Source: Podarcis tiliguerta
Lineage: Eukaryota
NCBI GenBank assembly: GCA_965153285.1
Contig: OZ229113.1
Length of the DNA: 64,000 nucleotides
Reading direction: 5' to 3' (one strand)
Shown: positions 38,101 through 49,900 of the stretch, one piece after another
How positions within the stretch are numbered: the first letter of the stretch is position 1
Layout: the number at the start of each line of letters is the position of its first letter
Notes under the pieces: model-generated
The model's database searches: none
The model's input: only the letters and a program-made list of their open reading frames with translations
Told to the model about the DNA's origin: nothing
Translations under genes and position numbers: made by a program

Positions 38101-41100
38101 TGGAGGCCTCGGGGGGTAACTTCAAAAGTTGCTCTCCTTTCCTCCAGCAGGAACCTCTGTTGGATCTGAGATGTTTCTCAGAAGGGCATGCATGTCTGGA
38201 TCCAACCTCGTATGCCAAAGTGGGATAGATGTGAGAAGGGGGGAAAGTAAACTCCTTTGCCTTGTTCTGAAGCAAATTTGTTGCAGATTTGAGGGTTCCT
38301 CCCATAGAAACTTAGAACCAGCTCTTTTGCATATCACAGCTGGTTCCTGTAGTATTTTTGTACTGTAAGGATTATTGTATATAAATTCCTGAAACAATGA
38401 CATTTTGTGAAGGGTTGTCCTCACCGAACAATTCAGATGGTAAACAGCATTTGGTAAACTTTGTGTCTTGCTTGGCTTCACAGATCCCTCGTGGGAGGAA
38501 GTTGGTTTAACATTCGATCACAGATTTGGCTGTGAATGGTTTTTAGGCAGATGGCAGCTGATTTCTGTAATGGTTTTTGCCTTTACACAAAATATAAGCC
38601 CCTCTCTTGGTTCACATGGTCCTGTTTGCCCTACAGAATTGCAAGTCTCATTGAATCTTTCAGATTTATAGCTTAAAGTCAGCTGGCTGTTCTCATCCTG
38701 CAAGGTTCTAATAAAGGAAGTCCCCAGGTGCGCAATGTTTGCATGCAGTTGTTTGATGGAGCCAGCCTTGGGAGCTCTTCAGTCTGTGAAATCACATTAT
38801 TCCAGGAATTAGGAAGGCAACCAAGACAACACTTGGACTGCATTGCCCTCTACTGTTTCAGAGTAATCACTGCAATGGCATGCTTTCCCCCACCCCTCTT
38901 TTTGGAGTTCTCCTGGAGCTCTGAGGCCCAGCTCTCCAATGGGTTTTACTGTGATAAAACATTTTTAGGTTTATTAGGACCTACATACACTTTATTCTAG
39001 ACAAATAGTACACATTATCTAAGTTACATTTTGATAAACTCAGTGAGAGTTAGAAATAACTCTGAAACTATAGAATAGCATTTGAGACCGCATTGAAAAA
39101 CACTAGATTTGGAACAAGTTTCTCTCCGTCTCCCCTCTGTCATCTGGATGCTTTGGTTGATGGTAGCTGGATTTGCAGCCAATGCATAGTCACTGCCATT
39201 TCTTCTGTCTGCAGTCAAATCCAGACACTCCTGATTTCATTCCATCACAATTGGAATGAAACCTTGCTTGAGAGACTTGGGTTGACAGTGGAAAACATTG
39301 ACCTTGTCTGACATGTGTTAAAAATACGCAGTGATAGCTCATGGTGCATTGTTGAATAAGAAATGGAACGTTTAGTAAGCTGGTTAGTGCTCTTATGTGA
39401 AACAGCACATTTAATAATAGTGTTTAAACTTCTGAACTCTCCCAAGCTGTTCAGCTTTGCTTCATATATGCATCACAGGGTAACTGTTCTGTTTGTTGGG
39501 ATTTCAACCATTAGGTAGCTGGAGGGTGTACATTTTTGCACAGGCAAGTTTGTTCTCTTTACTATTAGTTGTATTTATGAAATTGAGCCTTTTTTTTTTT
39601 TTTGAAAGGCACTTGCTTTCTTCCTGGTCTCTCTGTGACCCAGGTCCTCCCTCCTTTATCTCACCAGCAGGCATTGCTGAATGGCATGAAGCATGCATGG
39701 ATGTTTGGAGCTACTATGGCTGGTAGGGATGTCAAGGGGCATTATCCAGTTAGTGCCTGTCATTCTAGTCTTGAGAGATTCTGGTGTTCTGCACACAAAA
39801 AACCCAGGCATAGTAGTTGCATTTGCTGGGCGTAAAATAGTTTTTCTAGCAGTTGTGATGATAATGAGCTGTCCAGATTGCTGAGAAACTGGGATTTAGC
39901 AGGGGAAGTATCATTTTGTTGAGATTCTGACACCTGGGCTCTCAAAAAGCAAATGGCTTGAAGGATCCAGTATGAAAATAACCTCTCCTCTTCCCTTTCC
40001 TGCAGTTATTTTATTAGTTCTTCCTCTTGGTTGATTTGTCTGAATACCCTGATTCATATAATTATTTTGTAAAAAGGTCTGAAATTCAGTTTATGGTAAT
40101 ACAGTGTGTATTTCGTGTATAACTGCAGATTATAGTACCATCCTTGTAAGTACTTATGGGACTAGTGTTACCAGGAGAAAGTAGATCTAGTCCCTGATGT
40201 ACACACACTCAAGCTTCATTTATGCAGAAAGACCATTGATGGACAGGGTGTGTAGTTGCTATTGCTGTTATGGCTTGCTATTGTCCCAGAGATTTATTTA
40301 TTTAAAATTTTATATCCTACGCTTTTAGTGCCTACCACACGGGACAGCTCACAACAACTTCATTGCAATACAGTTGTCTTAGTGGATTCAAGAGGGGACC
40401 AGAGTCCACTCCTTCTAGGGATGTGTGCTTTTCTCTGAGCATTTGGTACATTGGCAGAGAAGCCAGTGGGGGTGAACTTGTAGGATTATAATTGATGCCT
40501 CTTAAGTCAGAACCCTCTTCGTCCAATGTAAGAGTGTCACAGCATCTTGAAGGCTTGGTTGTTCTCAGATACCTGGACTTTGTGGTACACAAGTGTTGTC
40601 CTTGTGTGTGGCTGAAAATGAACTTCCTGTTGCGTATAGTGTAGGGTAACGTGTGTGTCATAGAGAATGAAACACTAAATAAACTGCAGACAGCCTGATT
40701 ATGGAGCAGTTGCCTTGCAGTATATTGATGTACTGTGGTATGCATGAGAGAGGGGTGAGGGAGCGAAGGAGGGGCACAGTTCCCTTTTTCAGGGCTGGGG
40801 GAAAGCGCTCTGCCTGAGGACAGCTGCTGCCAATCAGAGTAGACAGTAATACAGGGCCAGATTAACCAGTGATATTATTTGATATAAATAAGTTTCATAT
40901 GGTCAAATTGGCATTTAACCCAGACCCAACAGGAAGCTGTTGAGTGAAACTTCCAAAGTATTCTAGGCAAGGTGACTAGTTGTTAAAGGCTAACTTGTAT
41001 TTATTTATTTAGGTGGTGCACCCCCTTCAACGGTTAGCCAGTCTGCTCCTGTGACTCTTCCTGGAAATCTTCCTTCTAGCAGTCCATACACAATGCCCCC

Positions 41101-43973
41101 AGAGCCTACTCTCTCTCAAAATCCTCTCTCCATCATGATGTCCCGGATGTCCAAGTTTGCAATGCCCAGTTCTACTCCACTCTACCATGACGCTATCAAG
41201 ACTGTAGCTTCCTCAGATGATGACTCTCCTCCAGCACGTTCCCCAAACCTGCCACCTATGAACAATCTTTCGGGTAAGAAACAAATGCTGTATAGGTGTG
41301 CTGTGGCTGGTAGCATGTGGTTTGGAGAATATCATAGGGAGAAGCTAATGAAATTGCAACTTGCATGTGGCAAAACAGTGACACACTGAAATAGCCTCAC
41401 TGAAATTGAGTTGTCAGGAACTACTCACCTAGGATGGACAGCTTAAGGTGGGGGCAGCAAACAGCCTGTGTAACTTAACCCAAGTGTTTGGCAGGAGGCT
41501 GCTGATGTAGGCAGTTAGATAAATTATCATACCCTTCTCTCTTTTTTCACAATTTTAACTTTCCAACAGTAGTTATCCACATTGAAAATGGAGCATTGTG
41601 ACTTGCAAGTATAGCGCAAACTATTACACCAAGTGTAATTTGTGAAAAAAGACTAGGGATTATGTCTCTGTGTGTCTCAAGTGATCACGTTTTATCACAG
41701 CTTACATGAGAGCCACTTACCAGTCTAAGAATCATTCTGATATTGATGTAGTGTGTTCTGTGACTTGCTTGTGGCTGTTTCAGTTGGGTCTTTCTTAGAA
41801 CCCAGAAACAAGTTCTACCCAAGGAAGTGAGAAATGATGTCAGATTTTGTTTGACTCCAATTGGATTAAGAGGAGTTTTAAAAGCTGTTGAGTTTATGTC
41901 AAGCTGACTTAGAAGAGTGACAACTTCTCTTCTTCACAGTAAGGTGTTGAGGCTTAGTTTAAGTGTGTCCAGGTTCTTGATTCAGGTTCCAGGATGGTTA
42001 GACTTTAGGTGGTAGTACTTCTATTTTGAAAAAGCATACCTTTGCTCTTTTAACCAACCTGATGGAAATAGTGAGATAAATTGCTTCAAGTGACTAGAAT
42101 CCTACAACAGTAAAATGTAGTGAGATGGCTGTGGAAGATTTGGAGCTTAGCTGTGCCAAGCAACTCCAGAATGACACCCTGCCTCTGTTCTGGACCCCCT
42201 CTTTTTGTAGGCAATGTTATTCCTGGAGACCTTTCCTATAACTGCCTTCTCCTTTAGTGGCTTCTTGTAGAAGGATTTGGAGTAAACTTGCATCGTTTTC
42301 CCTTCTAGAGAAGGGTTAAATTCCATTGTTCTGCTGTTGTATCAGTCACCAATGGAATACCTCAAGGAAAAGACCAAATTGTTACCCCCATTCTTTTTAA
42401 GCTTGCGTAATACTTCTGATTCACCCTGGTGAAAATGGTGGATGTTTTCTAGGGCATACTTGGGGCTTCCCTTGTCCTCTGTGAACCCTTGATCATGCCT
42501 TATTACAGTGTGACCGGGTTGCCTTGGCAGAGAAGTCAACAGTGGAAAAGGTTCCTTCATTTCAGCAATTGTTGTTACCTTCACCAGCATGAAATCTCCC
42601 CTTTGACATTTGTCTTTGTATTGAGAGATTCCAGTATGTGCAACGGTCTCTGATGGAAAATATGTCAGCATTTGGGACAACCTCTTTGTGTTGGTGTGCT
42701 TTCGACGTGGTCCTTATTTTATGCGAGGCTGTAGTATAGCAAGGAGATATTTAGCTATCCATAGATTACTCATTTCCACATTAGAAGTCATGTATGCAGT
42801 ACTTGCCATTCCTGAAAGCTTTTTGTATTATCACCTACTTGCTCTAATCTTAACCTTTTCCCCCTCCTATTCTCTCTAGGAATGGGCATTAACCCCCAGA
42901 ATCCTCGCAGTTCAGGTCCCAACCAGGTGGGCCCGATGCCAACTCTTAGCCCAATGGGAATGACGCAGCCTCTAACTCACAGTAACCAGATGCCCTCTCC
43001 AAATGCTATGGGACCCAGTATACCTCCTCATGGGGTCCCTGGCCTGATGTCACACAATCCAATGATGGGTCATGGTTCCCAGGATCCACCAATGGTACCT
43101 CAAGGACGCCTGGGCTTCCCGCAGGGGTTTCCTCCAGTACAGTCCCCTCCCCAGCAGGTGCCATTTCCACATAATGGACCGAGTGGAGGACAAGGCAACT
43201 TCCCAGCTGGAATGAGCTTCCACGGTGAGGGACCTCTGGGACGTCCCACCAGCATGCCCCAAAGTTCAACGGATCCCGCACTTTGCAAGTCTGGAGGTCC
43301 CGGAGGACCCGATTCTTTCACTGTCCTAGGAAACAACATGCCTTCAGTTTTTACCGATCCGGAGCTGCAGGAAGTGATTCGCCCTGGAGCTACTGGAATA
43401 CCAGAATTCGACCTGTCCAGGATTATTCCATCAGAGAAGCCTAGCCAGACACTACAGTATTTCCCTCGTGGGGAAGTGCCGGGCCGCAAGCAGCCACAGG
43501 GTGTTGGGCCTGGGTTTTCTCACATGCAGGGAATGATGGCAGAACAGAATCCGAGAATGGGGCTGGCGTTAGCTGGCATGGGGGGGCCGGTGGGCGCACC
43601 TGATATTTCTCTTGGAGGAGCGTCATCCATGCCAGGTCACAACCCAATGAGACCTCCTGCCTTCCTGCAACAAGGCATGATGGGACCTCACCATCGGATG
43701 ATGTCACCAGCACAACCAACCATGCCTGGCCAGCCCACTCTAATGAGCAACCCAGTAGGCATGATTCCAGGCAAGGACCGCGCTCCTACTGGGCTCTACA
43801 GCCATCCGGGACCTGTGGGTTCACCTGGTATGATGATGTCAATGCAGGGCATGATAGGACCCCAACAGAACATCATGATTCCTCCACAGATGAGACCCCG
43901 GGGAATGGCTGCTGATGTAGGAATGGGAGGATTTAGCCAAGGCCCTGGAAATCCAGGGAACATGATGTTTTAA
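29050..43973 (+). CDS. BCL9: B-cell CLL/lymphoma 9 (BCL9/Legless), spliced CDS: join(29050-29102,31081-31397,34226-34415,35141-35237,35422-37654,41013-41273,42880-43973), 4245 nt = 1414 aa
   Basis: Starts MHSSNPKVRNSPSGN. Contains HD1 (VYVFSTEMANKAAEAVLKGQVETIVSFHI), HD2 (GLSQEQLEHRERSLQTLRDIQRMLFPDE), HD3 (TPEQVAWLKLQQEFYEEKRRKQ) and a PPPPY motif, and ends GPGNPGNMMF. All introns are GT-AG and phases join into one ORF. Adjacent to ACP6 as in other vertebrates. Confidence 0.98.
29678..29704. repeat. (CAT)9 microsatellite
   Basis: Direct reading. Confidence 0.95.
31081..31397 (+). CDS. BCL9: BCL9 coding exon 2
   Basis: Polypyrimidine tract + cag acceptor at 31080; SPKSKQEVMVRPP...SDESEIK; donor G|gtatgt; 317 nt. 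Confidence 0.97.
34226..34415 (+). CDS. BCL9: BCL9 coding exon 3 (first half of HD1)
   Basis: tttcag acceptor; DLGSADHAKSQESQHT...KVVYVFSTEMANK; donor AA|gtaagt; 190 nt. Confidence 0.96.
35141..35237 (+). CDS. BCL9: BCL9 coding exon 4 (second half of HD1)
   Basis: ttcag acceptor; AAEAVLKGQVETIVSFHIQNISNKVERNTAPL; donor gtaagt; 97 nt. Confidence 0.97.
35422..37654 (+). CDS. BCL9: BCL9 coding exon 5 (large exon: HD2, HD3, PY motif)
   Basis: tttcttcag acceptor; NTQIPPLRND...MMGNVES; in frame with ORF 35518-37737; donor G|gtcagt. Confidence 0.98.
41013..41273 (+). CDS. BCL9: BCL9 coding exon 6
   Basis: tttag acceptor; GAPPSTVSQ...QNPLSIMMSRMSKFAMPSSTPLYHDAIKTVASSDDD...NNLS; donor G|gtaaga; 261 nt. 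Confidence 0.97.
42880..43973 (+). CDS. BCL9: BCL9 last coding exon
   Basis: ctctag acceptor; GMGINPQNPR...DLSRIIPSEKPSQTLQYFP...GNMMF, stop TAA at 43971-43973. Confidence 0.98.
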
Positions 43974-45035
43974 GCTGCTACATAAGACTGGATGGTTCGA
44001 TCCTTGTTGAGATGAGATTCCAGGTCCTGAGGGCTGCCTGAGAGCTCCAGGAGCACAGTTTGGCCATGCAATAGGTAAAAAAACAGACCAGAGGATGCTT
44101 TGGGAAATCTCGAATGTATGGAATTACCTGAAAACAAATGAATTCATTTTAACAGGTTGTTTTTTTAAAATTTATTTTTTAAAAATTATTTTTGTGTACT
44201 TGGATATCCTGTGATGGCACCTGCTTTGAGAATCTGTAGCTGTATTTTGAGAATTGCCATTTGTCACAAGTTGCACCATTCTCTCTGTATGTTTACGTCC
44301 TTTGGACTGGCTTCTCCCAGGACTCTTGGTTATTTTGGGGGGGTTATTTTTGTGTACTGTACTATATTGTAAAAGGGATTTTAGCAGAGACTTTAGTCTT
44401 TGGGGTGAGAGGCTGTTTACTTTTAGGTGGAAAATCCATCTTCAGAACTTTGGACTATTTTCCTTCAACTCCAATGTATAGAAAAACCAAACTACGACCT
44501 CAGAGCAGAGTATTAATGAAAAGCACAAAAGGAACTTAAGTTCAGTGAGGGGGAATCTTAAAAAAAAAATAAGTTAAGGACATATTTTTCAAATTATGGA
44601 GTGCTGTCGAGCACCTTTGTCTCTCCCTCCCACACTTAAAAAAAAAAAAAAAGGCATCTTGCCCCCCCTCCCTTTACTGTCTCCTCCTCTGGCAGCTGCA
44701 ATACATTGTATTATTTTTGGGGAGTATATGTAGGAGAGCCCCTTCTCATTCTGAGAGTGTTGCCACTTTCAGGAGGAGGCTGGACTTTTGACACTGTTAC
44801 ATTCTACAGTAGTCTTACTGTTCGTTCTCCTTTTCTTAGGACCCCCCCCCCCCGGTGACTTTATTAATGTGGGAGTGGAACAGACACTAAAAGTTATCCT
44901 GACCTTTTTTGTGGCTATCTTTTTTTTTTGTTCCCCAGCGTAAAACGTTCTCTGTGTAACCTCCATTAAATTTGGTACAAAACCACTTGCCAGGGCTGTG
45001 GTGTCAGAAAAATAAAATATATTGTTTCTTACAAA
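43974..45035 (+). other. BCL9: BCL9 3' UTR
   Basis: Runs from the stop to AATAAA at 45011-45016 (ATTAAA at 44965). U-rich tracts, no recognisable repeats, several miRNA seed matches. Confidence 0.75.
45011..45016 (+). terminator. BCL9 polyadenylation signal AATAAA
   Basis: Canonical hexamer about 1 kb after the stop, followed by T-rich downstream sequence. Confidence 0.75.
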
Positions 45036-45592
45036 AGCCATTTCTTTCCTCCTTTGCTACAGTCTAGCTTGCTTCTAAATATGCCTGTTTGTATCGGGTT
45101 TAAAGTGCTTGCGTATATGCGTTTCAGATCGCGTCCTTCTGATAAGGTTTTTATGTTGCGCACCAGGTAGGCTGCTTCTTAAACCCCTTTCACCCTGTAT
45201 CTTGGTGTAGAAGGGCATGACTGTGCTACCGGTCTCACCTTTGCCATGGGGGCAGGTTAGCCTTAACATGGGTGCACAGGTGAAGGTCCCCTAGCAGCTG
45301 CTCAGGAACAGAGATATCCACTCTAGTCAGGCAACCAGAAAATGAATTAAGTTATAAAATGTTTACCTTCAGTAATCCAAAATAAGTTTCAGATGAAGAT
45401 CTCCAACTCCAAAGCCTGAGTACTGATCAAGCTGTAGGTAGTAACTCCCATTTCCTCGGAATCAGTTGTAATACAATCATGGTATCAACTGAATATTTGA
45501 ACAGCCATGAGTTTGGTATCTGTTTACATTCATTAGGAAAGGGCCAGTGAGCTAGCACCTTTGTATACAAAAACCCTGAGACGACTTACCTC

Positions 45593-45598
45593 TTTATT
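45593..45598 (-). terminator. Candidate ACP6 polyadenylation signal (AATAAA on - strand)
   Basis: First canonical tttatt (+ strand) I found downstream of the ACP6 stop. Confidence 0.45.
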
Positions 45599-46836
45599 TT
45601 CAAGTCTGTTTCAACAACTAACCTCACCTACCCCAGTATTCCTTTGGAAGATCCATATTTGTGATGTGTCAGGTTTTCTCCAGCTACACAAAACAGGTTC
45701 TTCCAGGTTGCATTTCCCTTTTACTACAGGGAGCAAACTATTACCAACCCTATGTTTCAGGTACAGAGGTTGCTGTAGCATTCGCACTGATTCGGGTCGT
45801 CAATTTGTATTCCCTATAACCCACAGGGCACAACACCAATCTGATTCAACATGCTTCTGTTACAACAAGTAACAGCCATTTTGAATACCCAGGGACTATC
45901 CACCTGTCTTGTCTTTGGGTTGGTTATATTAACATTGCTGCCTGTTTTTAGCATTCAGTCTGACAAAGTGCTTGTATCCAATTACATCTTTCCAGGCTTC
46001 TATCGGCCCGCTTCCATGTTTTTGCATTTTAGCTAACTGTAGCATTTCCACAACAGTTCACCTCTGGCCTACCTAGCCGCATCAAGCAACACTACGGTTA
46101 TAAAGTGAATATGGCAATAATGATAATAAAGCAGCTGGTTGAAGGTTCCAAGGAAAGAGACTTTGCCCTGCTAATGGCTGTAGCTTCTGACAGCAGCAAG
46201 GCTATATATAGGTGTACTGGAATGAAAGTTAAGCTCCAGTAAAACACTAATTGAGAATTTTGAAAGACTAGTTTAGTGGTTCAGTTTAGCTGCTAAAGGA
46301 CCACAGGGAACTTAAAACAAAGAGTAGCACTAGCTTCAGAACACTGAATGTCTTAGTGGAGCTCAAAAGCAAATGTAGCAGTAGGTACAGAGTGCTTGGT
46401 GTCCAATTAATGTTCTCTTACTGACAGAGGCAATTTTCAGGAACCCCCCCTGTTTCCAGGTTGGGATCTTTTGGAGCAGCTTTGGCTAGGGTCAGGGATT
46501 ATTTAAAATTGCCTTGCCTCCCCTTTTCACTGGTGTATGCCATCTGTCAGCAGAGGGCCATCACTTGGCTGCCATCTGCAAGATTCCATTAATTTGAAAA
46601 ACTGGGTTACAGTAACAACTTTTTGTTGCCACCACCAACTCTTACCGCAGCCAGGGACCCAATTTCCAAAATGTAGCAGCAGCATTCATCCCTGTTATAC
46701 TTTACATTACTTGAACTGTCCTGTTAGCATAGTTAAACCACAAGTGAATGACACTTTTCTTTATGGCGTTTGAAAAGACAAATGTTGTGAATAATGTTTT
46801 AGTATTACTAATCATTTATCTGTTCTACATCTCTTA

Positions 46837-46950
46837 TCACTGAGAGCAAAGCATTTTATATTCCTCTGGATTAGCACTGTAAGTTGAAAGGGCATCTAGA
46901 AAATCCTCCAGTGGACAGAGACCAGCACTACATCCTCTTGGAACCAGCTC
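46837..46950 (-). CDS. ACP6: ACP6 exon 10 (coding part)
   Basis: [37 protein letters not shown], then TGA TAA. Confidence 0.94.
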   Translation of the reverse strand, partial: ELVPRGCSAGLCPLEDFLDALSTYSANPEEYKMLCSQ

Positions 46951-49900
46951 CTGCGGAAAGACAAGACAAATCAACATTTACGTCACCAAAAAACTGCCAT
47001 TACAAGAGGCCCTTGGGCAAAAAAAATATATCTCGTACACTTTGTGGTCCTCCAGATTCTATTAGACTCCTAATAGTATCAGTCAGTGGTCCGAGATGGA
47101 GGAATTTGTAGTCTAGTAACAACTAGAGGGCCAGATTCCTGATATCCTGATATACAGCATCACTACTGCCTTGCAAAGAGAAGAGAGTTGCTTTAAAAGT
47201 TACCAAAAGGTAGCTTGAAACAGGTATGAGATCCCTGCATTCCAGATTCAGTGATTTATCTGTTAACAGCCTTTGTATTTAGATGTTGTGCAAGCTAGAG
47301 TATGGAATTTGCCTCCTGCCCAAATCTCACTTGAGGTCCCATTTATATGTGTAACATCATCACCATGGAGCCTCCTACCTCTCCATTGTAGAGCAGCCGT
47401 ATAAACCAGTCCTTGGAACGCTGGTAGAGTTCTATTGTCATGTCTGCTGCGTATGGAGGCCACTTGGAATCAAAGACCCCCAGAGCCAATAGCAGTGGGA
47501 AGAGGGTAACATCGTGAATAGCATACAGAGCAAGCTTTCTAAAATAAAAGAAGAAGTGACCAATAATTCAGTCTTACTGATGACATACATTGTGTATAGC
47601 AGCCATTGCAGCTGCATTTTCCATTTACACTGAATCTCAAGTCAGTTGGTAAATGTAATAAGCTAAATTGAGAATTATCAGGGTAATAGCATTCCTTCCT
47701 CTCCTTTTTGTTCTGTCTTCCACATGCGAGCACCTAGTTTGTATTTGTTCATATGAAACTGCTTTTGTGAGCCACGTTCTATATAACTCCCGTTTAAAGT
47801 TAGGATATTTACAAGTCACCTTTACCCAGTTAAAAATATATACACAAATCTTAAATGGTGCAATTGTCACTGTTCCATCAACTCCTGCTCCCCTAGATTT
47901 GTCCCATTTCCCCTTTCAATGTTTTTAGCTTGTAGATGCTGCTCAATGGGATGTTCTGCCAAAACCGTAAATACCAATAATCTACATACCTGGCCTTGAT
48001 TTCAGGAGAGGAAGGGTTCATTGCCGCCTTAATGTTCTTCTCTATTATATTGAGTAGAGGACCAACTGACATCTTGAGAGTCTCTCTAGTCAGAAATATA
48101 ACAAAACAGAGATCCTTTTTTTTAAAAAAAATGTTTCTAACAAGAGTTGCAACATCTTTTAACAGTTCTAGATAACTGGCAGAACTTAATCGGGGCAGGA
48201 GCAGGTTTAAAAGTAAAGGTTCCTGGCCAGCAGGAACACATATGACTAGTCTGTACAAGAAGTCCATGTTTTAAAACAGAAGATTCTGTGTTTTGTCTTG
48301 CAGATATCCCCAGGCTTACCACCCATACCATCCCTGGGACTGCTCACCTTAAATTCAATTTTGTGACATAAAGGAGTGATTCTATAGCCCTCTGTTCGAT
48401 CAGTTCCATGAAACTCTTCAGAATAGGGCAACTAGGCAGATCGTGTGCCTAAAAGACAGCATAGTGTGAATTAAAAGAACAACTCTAAGGCTGCAGTGAC
48501 AAATGGCACCACTACTTTAGATCAGGCATGGACACACATGTGCTTATCGTTAGATATCTTAACATGGACATGCACTTGAACAAGTTGTGTTAGACAAGGA
48601 ACTAGGCCATTCCTCTAAGTCTAAAGACGAAGAACAATGTTACAATAAGCAAGTGAGTGATTCCCTTTAAAAACAACAACAAGCCTTTAGTTTTAACTTG
48701 AACAACCTGAAAACATCTTCATGTAGTGGACAGATTTCAGTTCAAGACCTATGAATGGTCCCATTCATATGTCTTGATTACCATTTCCTCCCATGTCTTA
48801 TGTTACCTACTACAATGCTGGCTGCCACAGTCAGGCAACGTAATTACCTGAAATGGCACAATATTCATTTTGTTTGTTTATTTAACAAATTTATATACTG
48901 CTTACTTCAAAAAGAAAGACCCAAGCAGTTTACCATAGCAATATAAAAACCAAACAGCAAGTTACCGTATATGCTCGTGTATAAGCCGACCTTTTCAGCA
49001 CATTTTTTATGCTGAAAAAGCTCTCCTCGGCTTATACTCGAGTGAGGGTCCCCTTTGCCACTGTTGGAGGTGGCGGAGGAACTAGCAGCCCGAAAGCAGC
49101 CCTTTCTGGCTGCTCCTTCCTCCTCCGCCTTTGCCACTGTCAGTTTTCTGCTTGTTTGCCTGTTAGTCGCCATCTACACGCACACACACTCCGGCCCATC
49201 AGGAGGTTTGTGGTGTGGTGAACTGGCCTATACCCGAGCCAATAAATTTTCCCAGTTTTTTTGTAGTAAAATTAGGTGCCTCGGCTCATATTCGGGTTGG
49301 CTTATACTCAAGTATATACGGTACATTAAAAAATTAAAATATAAAACCAGTAATTTTAAAACAATTGCATAATGGGTCAGTGCATCTGGCTGTTAACCAG
49401 AAGGTTGGTGGTTCGAGCCCAGCCTGGGACAGCGGTGGGCAGGATTCCTGCATTGCCGGGGTTGGACTTGATGAATGCCAGGACCCCTTTCCAACCATAC
49501 AATTCTATGAGACAGGATCAGAAGGACAACAGCAGGACAGGGGAAAGTTTACAATGAGGAACCTGGGTTTCATTACATTTCATTTCCTACAAGTTTTAAG
49601 TATTCAGTTCAGTGAGTTCAGTTCAGTTCAGTTGTACAAAAATGGCTTTCAAACTCGGCTGCAGGAAACCCTGGGGTGGTTAGAAGCATCTCGGAGAAAG
49701 AAGCTCCATAATGACGGTGCACAGCTTTTTCAGACAAATCCATAAAGAAAGGGAGCCCTGAATGTTGAAAGCACACACTTTTATTGCTGTTAAATGCTTT
49801 GCTTTTACTGATTGATAATTATACTGGTTTACCCAGCTAGAGCATTTTTTTTCCTATTACAACATTTCTAGCCTACTCTATATCTATTGATCTCAGGATA

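Noticed and set aside
35487-43719. Antisense and alternate-frame ORFs over BCL9 exons
   Set aside because: By-products of Pro/Gly/Met-rich codon usage in the real CDS.
49368-49430. tRNA-like sequence with a B box
   Set aside because: SINE head: no complete cloverleaf, and it continues into a CR1-type tail.
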